Assembly (NCBI GenBank): GCA_965208325.1
Contig: OZ242326.1
Coordinates: 288,001-352,000 of the forward strand
Length of the DNA: 64,000 nt
Direction of reading: 5' to 3'
Origin: Candidatus Poribacteria bacterium
Lineage (GTDB): Bacteria > Poribacteria > WGA-4E > PCPOR2b
Part shown: positions 46,393-56,845 of the stretch, piece after piece
Layout: every line of letters starts with the position of its first letter
How positions within the stretch are numbered: the first letter of the stretch is position 1
Translations under genes and position numbers: made by a program
The notes under the pieces: model-generated
Database searches by the model: none
What the model saw: the letters and a program-made list of their open reading frames with translations, nothing else
Told to the model about the DNA's origin: nothing

Positions 46393-47262
46393 ATGAGACT
46401 CGGGGTTGTCGGCATGGTGTCTGGAGATTTTAGGGCATTTACATCTGAACAGATGGCGTCAGTAAGGGCGTTGCAATTCACGGGAATTGGATTTCATGTT
46501 GAGATAGATGGGTTCTTGGAAATTACGGACGAAGTGTGCTCGCAGTTTAACCGGTTTATGGCATCGGAAAATCTAGATGTGGTTCAGTTCGGTATTTTGT
46601 ACGAAGAATGCCTTTTTGACCCGGACGATGGGGTTACGAAGAGCGTCACGGCGAAGATTAATCGTGGATTGGAGATTGGGCGCCAGATTGATGCGCATGT
46701 CTGTCTCATCCGCGCCGGTAGTCTAAACCCTGACGGGCCGTGGACGCCGCATCGGGACAATTACTTGCCGGGAAACATTGAACGCCTGATTGGGACGTTG
46801 AAACCAATTGCGCGAAAGGCCGAATTAGAAGGTGTGACCGTCGTGATGGAGACACACACAATCTCGATACTAGATACGCCAGAGACATGCAGAAAAGTCG
46901 TTGATGCGGTGGGAAGTAAGAATTTGGGGCTTGTTATGGACGCTGTCAACCAATTCCAAACGCATCGACAAGTCTACAATAGTGCGGATCGGTTAAACCA
47001 TATCTTCGATGTGATGGGTAGAGTTGCGCCTGTGGCGCACATCAAGGATATCAAGGTAGACCAAGAATTGGTTGTCCATTTTGATGAAACAGTTCCTGGC
47101 GAGGGCGAGTTGGATATTGGGTTGATGCTTAGAAGATTTGATGCTTTTCACCCCGACGGGTATGGACTGATCGAACACTTACCGATGTCGGAAATTCCGC
47201 TTGCAGCGCAGAATGTCCGCCGAATCGCTGCTGAGAACGGAGTCAGCATTCACAGGAGGTAA
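46393..47262 (+). CDS. Sugar phosphate isomerase/epimerase (TIM barrel)
   Basis: VMETH, MDAVN, AHIKD, PGEGELD and LIEH; GGAGG RBS. Confidence 0.85.
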   Translation: MRLGVVGMVSGDFRAFTSEQMASVRALQFTGIGFHVEIDGFLEITDEVCSQFNRFMASENLDVVQFGILYEECLFDPDDGVTKSVTAKINRGLEIGRQIDAHVCLIRAGSLNPDGPWTPHRDNYLPGNIERLIGTLKPIARKAELEGVTVVMETHTISILDTPETCRKVVDAVGSKNLGLVMDAVNQFQTHRQVYNSADRLNHIFDVMGRVAPVAHIKDIKVDQELVVHFDETVPGEGELDIGLMLRRFDAFHPDGYGLIEHLPMSEIPLAAQNVRRIAAENGVSIHRR

Positions 47263-47264
47263 TC

Positions 47265-48011
47265 GTGAAGTTAACGAACAGAGTTGCCGTGATTACAGGT
47301 GGTGCGACCGGGATTGGCGCGGCGTCAGCCATCTGTCTTGCCCGCGCTGGCGCAAAAGTGGTGATTGGTGATATTAACCGCGAAGATGGCAAAAAGACGG
47401 TTGCATTTATCCAATCCGACGGCGGCACCGCGAGATTCGTTCGCACAGACGTTACGGTAGAATCCGAAATCGCAAATCTGATCGCAACCACTGTTCAAGC
47501 ATTCGGGCGGCTGGATGTGTTGTTGACGTGCGCCGGTATACTGTGGAACCCCGACATTCGAGTTGATGCATTGGATGAAACTGCCTTTGAATCTGTAATC
47601 GACGTGAATCTTAAAGGCACATTTCTTGCGGTTAAACACGTTGTACCAGTTATGGAGCGCACTGGCGGCGGCGTTGTGTTATGTGTTGCCTCCGGCGCAG
47701 GCATTACGGGTGGAAGCTCATCGGTGTCGTACGGTTCCAGCAAAGGCGGGGTGCACGGTCTGGTACTTACAATCACCCCACAATTGGCGCCGCTGAATAT
47801 TAGGGTGCACACTGTCTGCCCAGGCGGCATCAAGACCCCCCTAAAACTTGGCCAAATTATTGCATCTGCTGAGCGGGCAGGCGAATCCCCGGATGCTGCC
47901 GTTGAGGGCGCCCTCCCATCATTAGGCGAACCGTCCGGTGTTGCACGCGTACTCGCCTTTTTAGCGTCTGATGATGCCTCGTATGTGAGAGGCACAATTC
48001 ATACGCGATAA
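47265..48011 (+). CDS. Short-chain dehydrogenase/reductase
   Basis: TGGATGIG, CAGI, YGSSKGG and VCPG; AGGAGG RBS. Confidence 0.9.
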   Translation: MKLTNRVAVITGGATGIGAASAICLARAGAKVVIGDINREDGKKTVAFIQSDGGTARFVRTDVTVESEIANLIATTVQAFGRLDVLLTCAGILWNPDIRVDALDETAFESVIDVNLKGTFLAVKHVVPVMERTGGGVVLCVASGAGITGGSSSVSYGSSKGGVHGLVLTITPQLAPLNIRVHTVCPGGIKTPLKLGQIIASAERAGESPDAAVEGALPSLGEPSGVARVLAFLASDDASYVRGTIHTR

Positions 48012-48276
48012 AAACCGTGCCGCATGAAGTTGTTGTACCCCCATTACTTCCAGTCGCTGCGCTTCTAATTGAAATCTCGAATCGCCTGTACATCCAGTAG
48101 TTTACTCTGTTTTTAACCACGGCAGATGAATAATCCGTAAATAATTAGGCGAATAGTTCAAAAATTGCATTTTAAGCCGCCGGAGTGAAACCAGATTGGT
48201 GACTAATCGTATAAGAAATTAAAGGGAAGAATATACCCGCTGTATTGAATTAAAATCTAACTAGGAGGAAAATTTA

Positions 48277-48480
48277 ATGTTCAACGGTATTGAACTCTTT
48301 TTGGGCGTAATTTGCTCACTGATGGGAATTGCCGTAGGGTATGTGTTTCTTGTTACCTTCTTTGCAGGTCTCCAGTTATTCTCCAAGCGTCAGTCTGAGA
48401 GCATAGCGAATGAAGATTCTCCATACTTGTTAAACATAGTGGATAGGTTCGCAAAATACATCCGGAAGCAGAAATCATAG
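48277..48480 (+). CDS. Small single-pass membrane protein (67 aa)
   Basis: AGGAGG RBS 7 nt before the ATG; N-terminal hydrophobic helix and basic tail. Confidence 0.65.
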   Translation: MFNGIELFLGVICSLMGIAVGYVFLVTFFAGLQLFSKRQSESIANEDSPYLLNIVDRFAKYIRKQKS

Positions 48481-48522
48481 ACGGCTTAATTCCTATAATT
48501 ACTATTAGGACAGACTAGAGTC

Positions 48523-48550
48523 TTGACACTTGCAATAGTCTTTTGATAAT
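48523..48550 (+). promoter_or_regulatory. Probable promoter for nfi-alaC
   Basis: TTGACA-N16-GATAAT. Confidence 0.5.
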
Positions 48551-48641
48551 ATGTATTCAATAAAGTCTCTGCTATCAGATGGTATGAAGACTAGATTTGT
48601 GGCGTTAATTTTTCGTCCTCCTTTTTTGCTCGCGATGACGC

Positions 48642-49328
48642 ATGCGTTATAAGCAACTTCATCGTTGGGATATCAGCCCCGAGGAGGCTCGCCGCATCCA
48701 GAATGAGCTGCGAAATCGGGTCGTTCGCGAAGATAGATTTGGCGAAATCCGCTGGGTCGCAGGAGTAGATCTCGGTTTTAAACAAGATGTTGCACGCGCG
48801 TCCGTTGTTGTGCTAAACTTTCCAGATCTTCAACCGGTTGATGGTGTTGTTGCCGAGAGCCAAGTTCAATTCCCTTACATCCCGGGTCTATTGTCCTATC
48901 GCGAAACCCCTCCGTTGTTAAAAGCCTTTGATCAGTTGACTACGGAACCGGATCTCATCATTGCGGACGGACAAGGCATTGCGCATCCGAGACGATTTGG
49001 GATAGCATCACATCTTGGCGTAATCTTGGACAAACCGACGATTGGATGTGCAAAATCACGATTGTTGGGAAAGTACGGTGCGCTGCAAAGTGAAGCGGGC
49101 TCGGTAGCGTATCTGCATGACAAGGATGAAATCATTGGCGCAGCAGTTCGCACCAGGGCTAACGTCAAGGAGGTTTACGTTTCGATTGGACATCGAGTCT
49201 CCTTGGAATCCGCAATCAACTTGACTTTAGCGTGCTGCCGGAAATACAGACTGCCGGAAACAACGCGATTCGCGCATAACGCAGCGTCCGGGAAAATTCG
49301 AATTCAGAAAAGAGACTCAACGCCCTAG
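48642..49328 (+). CDS. nfi: Endonuclease V
   Basis: AGVD, PYIPGLLSYRE, DGQGIAHPRRFGIASH, IGCAKS, VSIGH and RLPE. Confidence 0.96.
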   Translation: MRYKQLHRWDISPEEARRIQNELRNRVVREDRFGEIRWVAGVDLGFKQDVARASVVVLNFPDLQPVDGVVAESQVQFPYIPGLLSYRETPPLLKAFDQLTTEPDLIIADGQGIAHPRRFGIASHLGVILDKPTIGCAKSRLLGKYGALQSEAGSVAYLHDKDEIIGAAVRTRANVKEVYVSIGHRVSLESAINLTLACCRKYRLPETTRFAHNAASGKIRIQKRDSTP

Positions 49329-49381
49329 CAAATGTGCTCGTTAAATTATTCTAAAGAGTGTTCGGCGAATTGGACAAGTAA

Positions 49382-50557
49382 ATGAACATTTTTTCACAGC
49401 GTTTGCATCGGTTGCCGCCGTACATGTTTGGCAAACTCAAACAATTGACCCATGAAAGGCGGCAGCAGGGGGTTGACATCATTGATTTAGGGATGGGCAA
49501 CCCGAACCAGCCAACACCGCAGCACATCGTAGACAAACTTTGCGAGGCAGCGCAGGAACCGCGTCACCATCGTTACTCCTCTTCACGCGGGATATTTAAT
49601 TTGCGGCGTGAGATTTCTTGGCATTATGACCGGCGGTTTGGAGTCCAAATTGACCCGGATCAAGAGGCAATTGCGGTGATTGGTACCAAAGAGGGATTTG
49701 CCCATCTTGCCTTAGCATTGATAGATGAAGGCGACCTTGCACTAGTTCCCAATCCGACCTTTCCCATCCACATTTATAGCATTGTCCTCGCCGGAGGCAG
49801 TGTTGTCAGCCTTCCCCTACGCGAGGAAAACCAGTTCGTGCCCAGCCTTGATGAGATTGCTAGAGACATCTGGCCGAGACCAAAGGTATTAATCTTGAGT
49901 TTTCCTCATAATCCAACAGGAGCGGTCGTAGACCTCGCCTTTTTTGAGGAAATCGTTGACTTTGCCAAGAGGCAAGACATTATCGTAATACACGATCTCG
50001 CGTATGCCGACATCGTCTTTGACGGCTATGAAGCCCCGAGTTTTCTTCAAGCCAAAGGGGCGAAGGACGTTGGCGTTGAATTTGTATCCTTGTCGAAGTC
50101 TTACAATATGGCGGGATGGCGTTGCGGATTCGCCGTTGGCAATCAGGAGATTATTGGCGCATTGGCGAGGATAAAAGGGTATTATGATTACGGAATTTTC
50201 GCGCCTATTCAAGTCGCGGGAATCATGGCATTGCGAACGCCGTTGGATTTTTTGACTGAGAATGCCGAAACGTACCGAGCGCGGCGTGATGTTCTGGTAG
50301 AAGGGCTAAATCGAATTGGTTGGAAAATGCAAAAACCGAAGGCTACCATGTTCGTCTGGGCGCCGATTCCTGAACGGTTTCGCCATCTCAGTTCCATGGA
50401 CTTTGCAATGAAACTCCTTGATGAGGCTGAAGTATGTGTGTCGCCGGGTGCGGGATTCGGACAGAATGGGGAAGGATATGTCAGGATTGCGCTGGTTGAA
50501 AATGAAGATCGCATCCGTCAAGCGGTTCGACAGATTCGCCGCAGTCTATTCAAATGA
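49382..50557 (+). CDS. alaC: Class I/II PLP aminotransferase, AlaC-like
   Basis: DLGMGNP, PHNPT, HDLAYAD, SKSYNMAGWR, RIKGYYDYGIF and VRIALVENEDRIRQA. Confidence 0.82.
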   Translation: MNIFSQRLHRLPPYMFGKLKQLTHERRQQGVDIIDLGMGNPNQPTPQHIVDKLCEAAQEPRHHRYSSSRGIFNLRREISWHYDRRFGVQIDPDQEAIAVIGTKEGFAHLALALIDEGDLALVPNPTFPIHIYSIVLAGGSVVSLPLREENQFVPSLDEIARDIWPRPKVLILSFPHNPTGAVVDLAFFEEIVDFAKRQDIIVIHDLAYADIVFDGYEAPSFLQAKGAKDVGVEFVSLSKSYNMAGWRCGFAVGNQEIIGALARIKGYYDYGIFAPIQVAGIMALRTPLDFLTENAETYRARRDVLVEGLNRIGWKMQKPKATMFVWAPIPERFRHLSSMDFAMKLLDEAEVCVSPGAGFGQNGEGYVRIALVENEDRIRQAVRQIRRSLFK

Positions 50558-50683
50558 CGCCGTAATTGCAAGTCGGTGTTGATAGAGGCATAGCAACAGT
50601 AGTATATCGTAGCGATTTGTCAAGCAAGGTCGTGCGAAGCGTTGGGACATGAGATTAAGTAACCATCCGCATGTTAACCCACC

Positions 50684-51766
50684 TCAAAAAAGCCCTGAGA
50701 TTGAAATCCTCTGCGAATCGCCAAGGTCATGGGCGTTGAAGGCATAATCCGCAAATAATTTCGCTTCCCCCAAAGGAATTTGAAGTCCGGCTCCCGCGGC
50801 GAGTTTATCCCCTTCGGCACCAATACGCAGCGCAACTACGTTGAACATCCAGTATTCCACACCGTAACGGAATATCAAATTGCCCCTGGAATCCTCATCA
50901 TCCTTGAGGTTCCGGCGGTTAGTTTCCAAATCTGCACCGAATGTCGCCGTGCCGATGAAAGGGAGCGCGATTTGGTATGAGGTGCCAAAGCGCAGTCGCG
51001 GATCGCGTGTGAAACTTGGGCGAGTCAATGTGTCCCAACGAATCTGAGTGCCGGTGGCGTCCACTATTGTTACGCCGAGCCGAAGACCACGATACGGACC
51101 AAACAATAACCCGAGATCTACCCCGAAACCGTTTCCCGTGTTTTCAAATATCGACTGTCTTAGTAGCTTTAGATTCGCGCCAAGTGCCATGCGTTGACCG
51201 ACTTGGCGTGCGTAGGAAATTAACACTGCGTTGTCTGTATTACTGAACGTGCCTGCAATGATTGGGAGGTCGATGTATATTTCACCCGCTTCTTTAATTT
51301 TGTTATTGTTCCTGTCGTCAAAATCTCCCAAAATTCCATTGCCATTTTTATCGACAAATGTGGTAAGTGGGATGTCGTCCACGCCGAGTCGAATCCAAGA
51401 AATCCCAATTGTCCCGATGTTTTCAATCTGCTGAACATAATTTACAAAGTTATACTGCACCAATCCCTTGCTGAGGAATCTCCCGCCGTCAATACCAAAG
51501 GATTCAGAATACATTGCGGAAAATGCGTGTTTTTCGATTTGGGCGAGTCCTGCGGGATTCCAGTATGTTGCGGTCGCATCATCGGCGATTGAAACAAACA
51601 TACTGCCCATCCCCAATGCACGGGCGCCAACGCCATGACTGAGAAACTCCGCCGCATGACTTCCTTCCTCCGCCGCATCGACGCTTATGAACGCTATCAG
51701 ATTCCCGAACAATAGTGTGAACAACAAGTAAACTAGGTGCTTTTGATAACAAGGTAAAATGCGCAT
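50684..51766 (-). CDS. PorV/PorQ (UPF0164) family outer-membrane beta-barrel
   Basis: FLSHGVGARALGMG...ADDATATYWNPAGL, GFGVDLG, GVEYW, LRIG and DYAF...LGDSQRIS. Confidence 0.85.
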   Translation of the reverse strand: MRILPCYQKHLVYLLFTLLFGNLIAFISVDAAEEGSHAAEFLSHGVGARALGMGSMFVSIADDATATYWNPAGLAQIEKHAFSAMYSESFGIDGGRFLSKGLVQYNFVNYVQQIENIGTIGISWIRLGVDDIPLTTFVDKNGNGILGDFDDRNNNKIKEAGEIYIDLPIIAGTFSNTDNAVLISYARQVGQRMALGANLKLLRQSIFENTGNGFGVDLGLLFGPYRGLRLGVTIVDATGTQIRWDTLTRPSFTRDPRLRFGTSYQIALPFIGTATFGADLETNRRNLKDDEDSRGNLIFRYGVEYWMFNVVALRIGAEGDKLAAGAGLQIPLGEAKLFADYAFNAHDLGDSQRISISGLF

Positions 51767-51910
51767 GGATTTTTTTTGTGCCCCGTCAAAGTAATCGGCG
51801 TAACAGGTGTGTTTCAATCCTCAACTATAGTTGCCGCGGATGAGTTTAATCTTCATTTATTAAAAAAAGCGGCGATGCCATTTTTGCTTTTAGTCCCAAG
51901 CTCGCCGCAT

Positions 51911-53395
51911 TCAACTGAGTTTCAGAACGGTATGTCCAAACTCAAATGCGCCGGGTGAAGAGCCGTTGAACACTTTAGCTTCGAGTCCCCAAGCAATTTT
52001 GTAAGCGGCAAGAATCTGGACAAGCGAATTAGAAACGTCACCGTACGAAAGTACCGCAACGGTCCCACCTCCCCCGCCGGCAGTAATTCTAGCGCCGTAT
52101 AATCCACCTGATATCCCGATTTTTCGAACCGATTGCACAATCTGTTCAACTTCAGGGGATCCCAGTCCCACTCGCGACCGGTAACTCCAGTTCGAATCGT
52201 ACATGAGTTTTCCGGCTTGCTTCAAACACGCTTGAGTTGTTGTGGGAAATTCATTTGATTTTTTCAGATGGGCGATAAATTTCTTTACACGTGCGTGTTC
52301 ATAAATCGGATGTTCGACGCGGCTTCTAATTCGATAACTCTTTTTCGCATCTACACGCGTCATATTGTCAACAGTTTCGCCGTACCGGTTGAGGAATTCT
52401 TTGCCTTTCATCTCTGTCGGGAGGATTTTCCAACCCTTCTTCCGAAAATTCTCCACAGACAGTCTGCATAAATAGTTTTCTCGCAGCTCCTTCAGTTTCA
52501 ACTTCTTTTGAAGAATTGTCAATCCCATAAACGCCGCGGTTCGTGCATCAATATACGCCAAACTTGACGTACTCCGCTTTGACCTGCTGTGAATGCCAAT
52601 CAATTTTACGTTTGGAGGAAGCGGTACAGATTCGAGAACCTGGTCGGGCTGGCAGACAATAGAAAGAACCTTGTCTTTTCGCCCTGATGCAGCCGAGATT
52701 CCAACGGCAATGCTGCGCGGCGTTCCAACAATCTGGTTTTCTACAATCTGTCCAAGACGCGCAATTTCGTGGGCATTGAGATTTAGTCCATACAAATGGT
52801 TAATTGCGCACAGCACAGCAACTTTAATGGCAGCAGACGATCCCATCCCAGCGCCGACTGGAATGTTGCTTCGGACAACCACGGTAGCACCGTGGGGAAA
52901 AGCGTCGACTTTCTTCTCTTTAAGAAGCACAAAAAAGCTGCTGAGAACATATCCTGCCCACGGTGCATCGGGATTGCGCGCAAAGAGTTGGTGTGCCTCA
53001 ATATAGGATTTGAGCGTTCCATTTGTGTAAAAGTCGTCAAGAGAGATTTGAAAGCTACGATAATGATTGGATCCTTCAGTGACATACGTCAGTGACTTCA
53101 GTAACCTATCTTTTCTCGCCTGACAACCCGCTACCACAGCAGGTTCAATCGTCGCTTGAAAAACGTTAGCTCCGCAATAGTCAGCGATGCCCCCCATCAC
53201 ATCGAGTCGCCCCGGTGCTCTAGCGATATGAATTGTCCCCGACTTTTCAAAACCAAATTCACCATAAATCTGGTGGTCCTCGTGGCGAAGCATTGATTCA
53301 AATTCAAGCACATCATTGGGTTTGTTTCTTGGACCAAAAGTCTGCTCGATTTCGATCGGCTTCCTAATCTCTTTCGGATCCGGGTAGACATCCAT
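51911..53395 (-). CDS. GHMP sugar-kinase homolog (L-arabinokinase/galactokinase-like), catalytic motif degenerate
   Basis: RAPGRLDVMGGIADY, PVGAGMGSSAA, QIVEN, CQP and GARITAGGGGG. Confidence 0.85.
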   Translation of the reverse strand: MDVYPDPKEIRKPIEIEQTFGPRNKPNDVLEFESMLRHEDHQIYGEFGFEKSGTIHIARAPGRLDVMGGIADYCGANVFQATIEPAVVAGCQARKDRLLKSLTYVTEGSNHYRSFQISLDDFYTNGTLKSYIEAHQLFARNPDAPWAGYVLSSFFVLLKEKKVDAFPHGATVVVRSNIPVGAGMGSSAAIKVAVLCAINHLYGLNLNAHEIARLGQIVENQIVGTPRSIAVGISAASGRKDKVLSIVCQPDQVLESVPLPPNVKLIGIHSRSKRSTSSLAYIDARTAAFMGLTILQKKLKLKELRENYLCRLSVENFRKKGWKILPTEMKGKEFLNRYGETVDNMTRVDAKKSYRIRSRVEHPIYEHARVKKFIAHLKKSNEFPTTTQACLKQAGKLMYDSNWSYRSRVGLGSPEVEQIVQSVRKIGISGGLYGARITAGGGGGTVAVLSYGDVSNSLVQILAAYKIAWGLEAKVFNGSSPGAFEFGHTVLKLS

Positions 53396-53510
53396 AAGAT
53401 ATAAGTAACATTTCAACCACTGTAGTATCGGAAATTTCGATTGGATTAAAATCGAAAAGTAGATCTTTGAAAAATTCCATTGCAGCGTTCAAAACTCGGC
53501 GTGACTCACG

Positions 53511-55115
53511 CTATGGATTTACCACTTTGACAGTTTCTCCATCTTTGAGAGAATGCTGGCCAGCAATAACGACTTGTTCTGCTTCGGAGAGTCCGGTAGC
53601 GATTTCAATAATGGGACCTTGGGATAAACCAAATTCAACCTGCCTGCGTTCACTGAATCCGTCATCAACGATAAAGACGCTGCGGGCGTTCTTCGCGCTA
53701 TCCTCAATAACAGCGGATCTGGGGATTAGGATTGCGTTTTCATGCACGGCAACGGTTATAGTGACCTTTGCGAACATACCCGGCTTAAGCTCCATCGTCG
53801 AGTTATCAATCGTAAACTCAATTCGCGCTGAACGACTGCTCGGTTCCAGTGTTGGGCTAATGAATGAAACATTCCCAATCACCGGGTTGGAAAGGGCCTC
53901 GACCTGAACCCAGCCTTGGCCGTTAGGGTCCAGCTTGTTCAAGTCTGATTCAATTACGCTAATCACCGCCTTCACGGTATCAATATCAACAATATCAAAA
54001 ATTGGCGCGTTCAGTGTAGCCATTCCGCCGAGATCGAGGTAGCGGTTCGACACCGTTCCTGAGATTGGCGCTGAAATTGTCGCATCATCAAGACGCACGT
54101 TGGCAAGATCAAGCGTAGCCTTTGCCTGTATCATTGCGGTTTCTACGGCGATAATCTCAGCTTCCCAACTTTTTGCGGTTTCTAGTGCTTCTGCGCTCGC
54201 AAGTGCGGCTTTCGCCGCTTCCACTTGCGATTCCGCTAGCGCTTTATCTTTCTCCCATGATTTCGTTTCCGCTTGCGCGCGTGCAACCTTGAGCAAGGCT
54301 TCCGCTCCCTCGACTTGAGCTTCCATGGAACGGATGTCCTCCTCGCGCGCACCATTTTCGATAAGCCGCATCTGTTCAACGGCGACATCATACTGCGCAT
54401 TTGCAACATCTAGCTGTGTTTGTGAACTCTCAAAGGACTGTGCACTAATTGCGCCCGTCTCAAAGAGTCTTTTCATGCGATTAAAATTACTCTTGGCGTT
54501 CGCGAGGTTTGCGTCAGCTTGATTGACCGATGCTTGCGCTTGATTTCGATCTTCATCACGTGCCCCGCGCTTAATCTTCTCAAGATTTGCTTGTAGAGAT
54601 GCTAAACCGGCTTCCGCTTGTTCAGTTTGCGACATGGTGCGCATTTGAGCGAGATCTAAAACCTGTTGAAGAGAAGTTTCTGCGCCCGCGAGCTGAGCCC
54701 GTGCTTGAGCAACTTGCGAATCAACCCTAACTTTGGCAAGTTTTTTCACTTGGTCATACGCGGTTTCGGCCGCCTGGTAAGCGGCCTCCGCTTGGCGAAA
54801 TTGGAGCTTGAGTGTTTCATGTTCAATGATAGCTAAGGTATCCCCTTTCCTCACTCGGCTGCCTTCGTCGACACGCATCACAACAACTTTGCCAGCGACT
54901 TCTGGAAAGACCGTCACGTTCGAATTAGCTTCTATCGTTCCTGATAACTTCAACTCCTGTCGTATCTCCCCACGCCTTGCTTTTATGACCTCAACCGGTT
55001 TAGCGGACGAAGCGGCTACTTCGCTAGGTTGTGCACGCTTATTGATGACGAATCTTAGCGTAATTGCCACAAAGAAAACCAAAATAACGGACGCGATGAT
55101 CATAACTCTTCTCAA
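53511..55115 (-). CDS. Efflux periplasmic adaptor (membrane fusion protein) with a very long coiled coil
   Basis: N-terminal TM; VFPEVAGKV...VDEGSRVRKGD lipoyl half; ISAPISGTV; LKPGMF; IPRSAV; C-terminal AGQHSLKDG. Confidence 0.92.
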   Translation of the reverse strand: MRRVMIIASVILVFFVAITLRFVINKRAQPSEVAASSAKPVEVIKARRGEIRQELKLSGTIEANSNVTVFPEVAGKVVVMRVDEGSRVRKGDTLAIIEHETLKLQFRQAEAAYQAAETAYDQVKKLAKVRVDSQVAQARAQLAGAETSLQQVLDLAQMRTMSQTEQAEAGLASLQANLEKIKRGARDEDRNQAQASVNQADANLANAKSNFNRMKRLFETGAISAQSFESSQTQLDVANAQYDVAVEQMRLIENGAREEDIRSMEAQVEGAEALLKVARAQAETKSWEKDKALAESQVEAAKAALASAEALETAKSWEAEIIAVETAMIQAKATLDLANVRLDDATISAPISGTVSNRYLDLGGMATLNAPIFDIVDIDTVKAVISVIESDLNKLDPNGQGWVQVEALSNPVIGNVSFISPTLEPSSRSARIEFTIDNSTMELKPGMFAKVTITVAVHENAILIPRSAVIEDSAKNARSVFIVDDGFSERRQVEFGLSQGPIIEIATGLSEAEQVVIAGQHSLKDGETVKVVNP

Positions 55116-55348
55116 CTTGGTATCTCCGTCAAAGTAATGGGTTAACTTTCACACAATATTGCGTTCAATGTCTGTTAGTCCCGTGATTTTTCAAAAAAAA
55201 CACAACTCGGATGCCTAAAACCTGAGCATCGCAGATGGAAATTGGATTTGTAATGGAGCAATCCCGTCAAATGCGGATTTTCGCGAATTTCTACAAACAC
55301 ACATGCGGAATGCACATCCACGTTGGACTTCTGAGTTGCAACTAACAC

Positions 55349-56737
55349 CTAATCATCCAATTTTTGCCCGGTAGCCTTTTCCAATTTTTTTAGCCCAACC
55401 ACATAATCATACATTGATTGGAGGCGATTGACCTCGGCCTGAGTCAGGGCAAGCTGAGCATCGGTGAATTCAACGCTCGTGATTATGCCGTTTTCGTAGC
55501 GTAAGTTAGCAATTCGCAAACTTTCCCGCGCCTGCTCAACTGTGTTCTTCTGCACCTCAATTAACGCTTTTGCTTCAACTAAGTTCAGGTAGGCCGATCT
55601 AACCTCAAACTCAATGGCGTCAATCAGTTGGTGCTTGCCAAGCTGCGTCTGCCTCAATGCTGCCTCGGATTCCTGAACCGCGGCTTTGGTTGCAAAGCCA
55701 TCGAAGATAGGCAAGTTTAGCGAGAAACCCAAATTCCAGATGCGGTTCATCTCCCTCAATCTCTCATTATCATCCACCTGATAGTTGGCAAAAAAGGAGA
55801 TATCGGGTCGGCTGCCTGTTTTTGCAACAGCGACACGTTTCTGATTTGCCTGTTCATTGAAGCCAAATTGATGAATCTCAGGTCGGTGTGTTTTCGCCGT
55901 TAGTATTAATGTTTCAAGGTCGAGTTCTACGTTTGGTGCATCGAAACCACCTCTTACCTTTACATTATCAGTGAGATTGATGTTCAGGATGTTTTTATAT
56001 GCATTCTTCGCGGTTCTTGCTGTGTTTTGCGTACGTATTAACTGAGACTTTGCGTTAGCCAGCTGCACCTCTGCGCGCAGGACGTCAAATTTTGTTGCAG
56101 CCCCTGAATCGAACAGATTTCGCGCAATTTGAAGCTGTTTCTCCACTAAATCGACAGTCTGTTGAGATACCTTTACAAATTCTACGGCAAGGAGAACGCC
56201 GTAAAAGGCTTCAGAAACGTCCAGTGCAAGTTGATTGTGTGCAGCTTCTAGCTCTTTTCTCACGCCGAACAAATTGAACTTTGCACTCTGGTAGTTGTAA
56301 TAGTATCGACCCCAGGCGAAAACCGGTTGTCTTAAGGCAGCTTCGCCGCGAAAATTTTGGTGGGCTCCAAACTCCAACTCAAATACATCTGATGCATCGC
56401 CGTTTTCTTCAACACTCGGCGATGGCAGGAAATTTTCCGCACCCGGAGGACCAAAACCACCGGTTTGAATTACAGATTTTGCAAGATTTGGGGTATATGT
56501 GTAACTACTAGTAATTGCGACGTTTGGCAACATGCCTGCGCGAGCGGTCCGCACTAGCGCCTCGGCGGCTTTTACACGTTCCTGAACGGATTGGCTTGAG
56601 AGGTTCGACTGTTTTGCGAGTTCAATACTCTCTTCTAAAGTCAAAATTTTCTCCGCTTCGACTTGCGAGATGGAGCTGTACATAATCAGCAGAGCAATTC
56701 CTAAGTTAACACTCAGCCGGCGTTTTGAAAAATACAT
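55349..56737 (-). CDS. TolC family outer-membrane efflux protein
   Basis: LTLEESIELA, LRQPVF, GAATKFDVLRAEV, LPIFDG and RYENG..T..E..DAQ. Confidence 0.93.
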   Translation of the reverse strand: MYFSKRRLSVNLGIALLIMYSSISQVEAEKILTLEESIELAKQSNLSSQSVQERVKAAEALVRTARAGMLPNVAITSSYTYTPNLAKSVIQTGGFGPPGAENFLPSPSVEENGDASDVFELEFGAHQNFRGEAALRQPVFAWGRYYYNYQSAKFNLFGVRKELEAAHNQLALDVSEAFYGVLLAVEFVKVSQQTVDLVEKQLQIARNLFDSGAATKFDVLRAEVQLANAKSQLIRTQNTARTAKNAYKNILNINLTDNVKVRGGFDAPNVELDLETLILTAKTHRPEIHQFGFNEQANQKRVAVAKTGSRPDISFFANYQVDDNERLREMNRIWNLGFSLNLPIFDGFATKAAVQESEAALRQTQLGKHQLIDAIEFEVRSAYLNLVEAKALIEVQKNTVEQARESLRIANLRYENGIITSVEFTDAQLALTQAEVNRLQSMYDYVVGLKKLEKATGQKLDD

Positions 56738-56757
56738 TCAAATTCTCCGATAAATAT

Positions 56758-56774
56758 GTACCGCATCACGGTAC
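56758..56774. promoter_or_regulatory. Palindromic operator candidate GTACCG-N5-CGGTAC upstream of the tolC-like gene
   Basis: Perfect 6-bp inverted repeat about 10 nt upstream of the GGAG RBS. Confidence 0.4.
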
Positions 56775-56845
56775 GCGGCTTCAATTGGATTAGAATTGAG
56801 TAACAGGACAATGCACACGGCTTGCTCTGATGGTGTAATCTCTTT

